A DNA stretch of 64,000 bases. Origin: a virus. Its lineage: Duplodnaviria > Caudoviricetes. Shown one piece after another: positions 61,180 through 64,000 of this stretch. The notes beneath the pieces were generated by a model. That model worked only from the letters and a program-made list of their open reading frames with translations. It made no database searches and was not told the origin of the DNA. Numbering within the stretch: position 1 is the first letter of the stretch; every line of letters starts with the position of its first letter. Where the stretch lies: the IMG/VR virus record IMGVR_UViG_3300018494_000083. The stretch is one strand, 5' to 3'. Position numbers and translations under genes: made by a program.

Positions 61180-62427
61180 ATGCGTATAATGGATGTACAA
61201 GAATTTAAATCTGACCAATACTCTGCCTATAAAGAACGAAGAACATCTCAATTTACAAGGTTTCTTGACAAGACAGTAGACTTTGTAACCTACTACTCTA
61301 TCAATAAGGCTATATCCACTGGATCTATTAATAATCAAGATGTGGACAGCTATATTGGTGCTGATAGTCCTGTGAGATACAATAAGATCAACAATATGCC
61401 GGTTTATGGTTTCCCGATTATCGGCGACCAGAATGGCTACGATGAAGAAAATGCGGGTTTTTCTGCATTAGACTTCGAGGGTGAGATCATTGTACTTCAG
61501 GACATTATTGAGCCTGTAGAGGGTGACTGCTTCATTCTTAATATTTTTAGTGAAAGATATTTCTTCCGAGTAACGGAAGTAAAGCAAATTGTATTGCGTT
61601 CGAAGCCTCACTATAATGTAAGCTTCATGGTCGGACATCCTGACTATCTTGATCAACTTAATAAACAGGTTGTTGAAGAGTATAATGCTATCTTTGATAA
61701 CATTGGAACGCAAGATAGAGTAATCATCTCTGCAAATGAATATGATCTCAGAAAGCAGTTTGAGAAGATCTATAAAGAGATCTCGGATTACTATATTGCA
61801 CGATTCTTCGATCCCAAGATTACGATGTTTGAACTTTCGCTACCCATGAGTATCCGAAATTCTCTCACTAAATACACTGATAAGTTTCTTATTCGATTCA
61901 TGGAAAGTAATCGAATTATTACATTCGACAGTCTCTTGAAGACGTCGTTTGTATTGGATTACAATAGTCTTGGTGATACCAATGACTTTATCGAATATAA
62001 GAAATCTATCTTCTGGGCAATAGAGAACAAAACTATGTCAAAATTCATCCCTGCTAGGTTTGTCGAAGCAAAGAAAATCGTTTCCCCGTTTACTCTTCTT
62101 AAGGGTCAAACTGACGAGGAATGCTTTGTAGCTGACAAGTACTGCGTGGATGAGCCTACGGATAATGCTTTCTTCTTTGAGTATGACTATTCTGCCATTC
62201 TCCAGAGATGGAATGCAGGTGATACTTATGAGGCTGCAAATAATCCGTATGATAAGGCTCTCACTATTATCGTTAAGTATATGAAAGGTATCATGATGAT
62301 GCCTGGTTATTTTGCTGATATGATTGGTGAGATGAATCCCGTTCAAGAATACACAATGTTACCCATTATGCTCTTTATCATCAGAGAGCAGATTAAGGGT
62401 CTCATGACAACCAAAATTTCGATTTAA
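61180..62427 (+). CDS. Hypothetical (probably virion structural) protein
   Basis: 415 aa ORF, AAGGAG RBS, AACA-N6-TA motif at 61136. Confidence 0.8.
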   Translation: MRIMDVQEFKSDQYSAYKERRTSQFTRFLDKTVDFVTYYSINKAISTGSINNQDVDSYIGADSPVRYNKINNMPVYGFPIIGDQNGYDEENAGFSALDFEGEIIVLQDIIEPVEGDCFILNIFSERYFFRVTEVKQIVLRSKPHYNVSFMVGHPDYLDQLNKQVVEEYNAIFDNIGTQDRVIISANEYDLRKQFEKIYKEISDYYIARFFDPKITMFELSLPMSIRNSLTKYTDKFLIRFMESNRIITFDSLLKTSFVLDYNSLGDTNDFIEYKKSIFWAIENKTMSKFIPARFVEAKKIVSPFTLLKGQTDEECFVADKYCVDEPTDNAFFFEYDYSAILQRWNAGDTYEAANNPYDKALTIIVKYMKGIMMMPGYFADMIGEMNPVQEYTMLPIMLFIIREQIKGLMTTKISI

Positions 62428-62441
62428 GGAGGCATACTATT

Positions 62442-63083
62442 ATGCTGAATTCTTTTGTAAAGGAACTTGCCTCTATCGATTCTAAGGAAACGAACGATAA
62501 GCTCATCCTTGAGTCGATCACTGATGGCACTGTTGCCGATGTAAAACCTGACGATGCTGCTCCCGAGGTATGCCCCGAATTCGAGAAAGCACTTGCTGAT
62601 CTTGAGATTCCCGAGGATGCTCCCCAGGAGACTAAGGATGACTATATCCTTAATCGTCTTGACCAAGTATTTGGTAATACCGATGAGAAGCCTGAACCCG
62701 TTCCTACTGTAGCTCCCACTGAGGTGGTTACTGAGGCTACGAAGGGTAAGACTCTCTCCATGTCCGAAAAGGACTATAATGCAATGAAGTCTATGCTTGC
62801 TGCTTATGGCTCTGCTACTCCCGAAGAGCAGAGTGCTACGGAAGACAAGGTAAGACTCTTCATCGTTTATATCCTTAAGGGTCTTGAAAATGCAAGTCTT
62901 GAGAATCCTGTAGACGATCGTATACAGGGTACTATCAATCATATGTATAAGGTTTTCGTAAAAGAAAAGTTTGAATACAATAAGGATTGGGATGCTAAGC
63001 AGGCTATTTCTGCTAAGCTCAAGGCTATTGGAAAAGCACTTCCCAAGCATTACCCAACTGTAATTGTTGACGTAAAGAAATAA
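62442..63083 (+). CDS. Hypothetical protein
   Basis: 213 aa ORF, AGGAGG RBS. Confidence 0.8.
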   Translation: MLNSFVKELASIDSKETNDKLILESITDGTVADVKPDDAAPEVCPEFEKALADLEIPEDAPQETKDDYILNRLDQVFGNTDEKPEPVPTVAPTEVVTEATKGKTLSMSEKDYNAMKSMLAAYGSATPEEQSATEDKVRLFIVYILKGLENASLENPVDDRIQGTINHMYKVFVKEKFEYNKDWDAKQAISAKLKAIGKALPKHYPTVIVDVKK

Positions 63084-63102
63084 TCACACGGAGGATAAAC
63101 AT

Positions 63103-63699
63103 ATGTTTAAAATTGTATCTATCAGAGACGTTGGAGCAAAGGTAGAGATTATTGGTAGAGGCGTAATCAGAACCCCTATCAACAAGATCCTGCTTACCGA
63201 TGAACAGATCTACCGTCTTCTGAACACCCATATGGGTCCCAAGCAGGTATTCCTGATTAATCCTGCAAATGAGAATCAGTCCGTTCGTCTTACTCTTGCA
63301 AACTGCACTACTCCTGTTGAGGAGATCTTCGGAGCTCCTAAGGCAGAGGTTGCTGTTGAGCCTGAGACGACTGAGACTTATACCCTCGACGATGTAACTG
63401 AACCTGAGACAGCAGATGAGCCTGTGGCAGTAGTCGCAGAAGACCCTCAGACTGATGCCGAGGTTGCAGATACTGACGTCGCTACCGAGCCTGAGGCTCC
63501 CGTAGTTGAAGAAGAAGAGGATGTAACCGCTGATCCTGATGACGTCTTCGTTACCGGTACCGTAGTTGGTGAAGTTGACGAGACTGTTGCAGATGAGACC
63601 GTTACTACTGTAGCTGAGACTGCAGAGGACACTGAGCCCGCTCAGAAGCCTGCCTACTACAAGAACAACTACAAGAAGAATAACTATAAGAAAAACTAA
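63103..63699 (+). CDS. Hypothetical protein with acidic low-complexity linker
   Basis: 198 aa ORF, GGAGG RBS, terminator ~63705-63740. Confidence 0.8.
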   Translation: MFKIVSIRDVGAKVEIIGRGVIRTPINKILLTDEQIYRLLNTHMGPKQVFLINPANENQSVRLTLANCTTPVEEIFGAPKAEVAVEPETTETYTLDDVTEPETADEPVAVVAEDPQTDAEVADTDVATEPEAPVVEEEEDVTADPDDVFVTGTVVGEVDETVADETVTTVAETAEDTEPAQKPAYYKNNYKKNNYKKN

Positions 63700-63743
63700 A
63701 AAATATAGAGAGTATAGCCACATCGGCTATACTCTCTATTTGT

Positions 63744-64000
63744 TTATTCTAAAGTCAATCCACTTCCAAGGATATCAGATGCAATACTAGGTAAAGCACC
63801 CGAACCATCAAAAGAAGTCGGATCTAATGCAATATCTTCATTCGTGTCATCGAAATTAAGTGACGGAATAAGAGGGGTAGGAGAAGGAGCCCGAGGATTA
63901 TCAGGATCCTCAAACATTTCAGTTTGCACATCAGAAGAAAGATACTTTTCTCTGAGCTCTTCAATAGACATCTCTTTGATATCTTTCTCATACTCAGCTT
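63744..64000 (-). CDS. 3' end of a gene probably starting beyond the window
   Basis: Frame open to the window edge, converging on the terminator. Confidence 0.55.
   Translation of the reverse strand, partial: AEYEKDIKEMSIEELREKYLSSDVQTEMFEDPDNPRAPSPTPLIPSLNFDDTNEDIALDPTSFDGSGALPSIASDILGSGLTLE

Overview
AT-rich segment of a jumbo-phage genome of the phiKZ/AR9-like type. It encodes split multisubunit RNA polymerase subunits, a family B DNA polymerase fragment, NAD-dependent ligase, RecA, GyrA/GyrB, DnaB, primase, SbcD and dUTPase. Strong AGGAGG ribosome-binding sites suggest a Firmicutes host (inference). Eight closely related ORF-less group I introns split the RNAP beta-like gene (2), recA (1), gyrB (3) and dnaB (2), creating two 12-nt micro-exons; the recA intron carries an embedded tRNA-like element. 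The main discovery is an unusual diversity-generating retroelement. It has avd, a structured spacer RNA, a DGR-type reverse transcriptase and a C-type-lectin-like target with a WWLRTP...GVCFG variable region, but the avd-RT spacer has no template repeat matching that region. Instead the window holds 31 different ~100-137 nt cassettes: a 19-unit array at 44044-46179 (+), an 11-unit array at 14266-15541 (-) and one solo unit at 55491-55604 (-). Each starts with ACTCC (Thr-Pro; one AGTCC) and ends near the GGT/TCGTATGG constant-region junction, and 30 of 31 are stop-free in that frame. One cassette matches the target variable region at 110/111 nt (single A->T). This looks like a library-based, cassette-swapping retroelement. 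A ~2 kb ORF-free, highly structured putative giant ncRNA lies at 21.1-23.1 kb. All family assignments come from motif recognition by eye; no database search was run.
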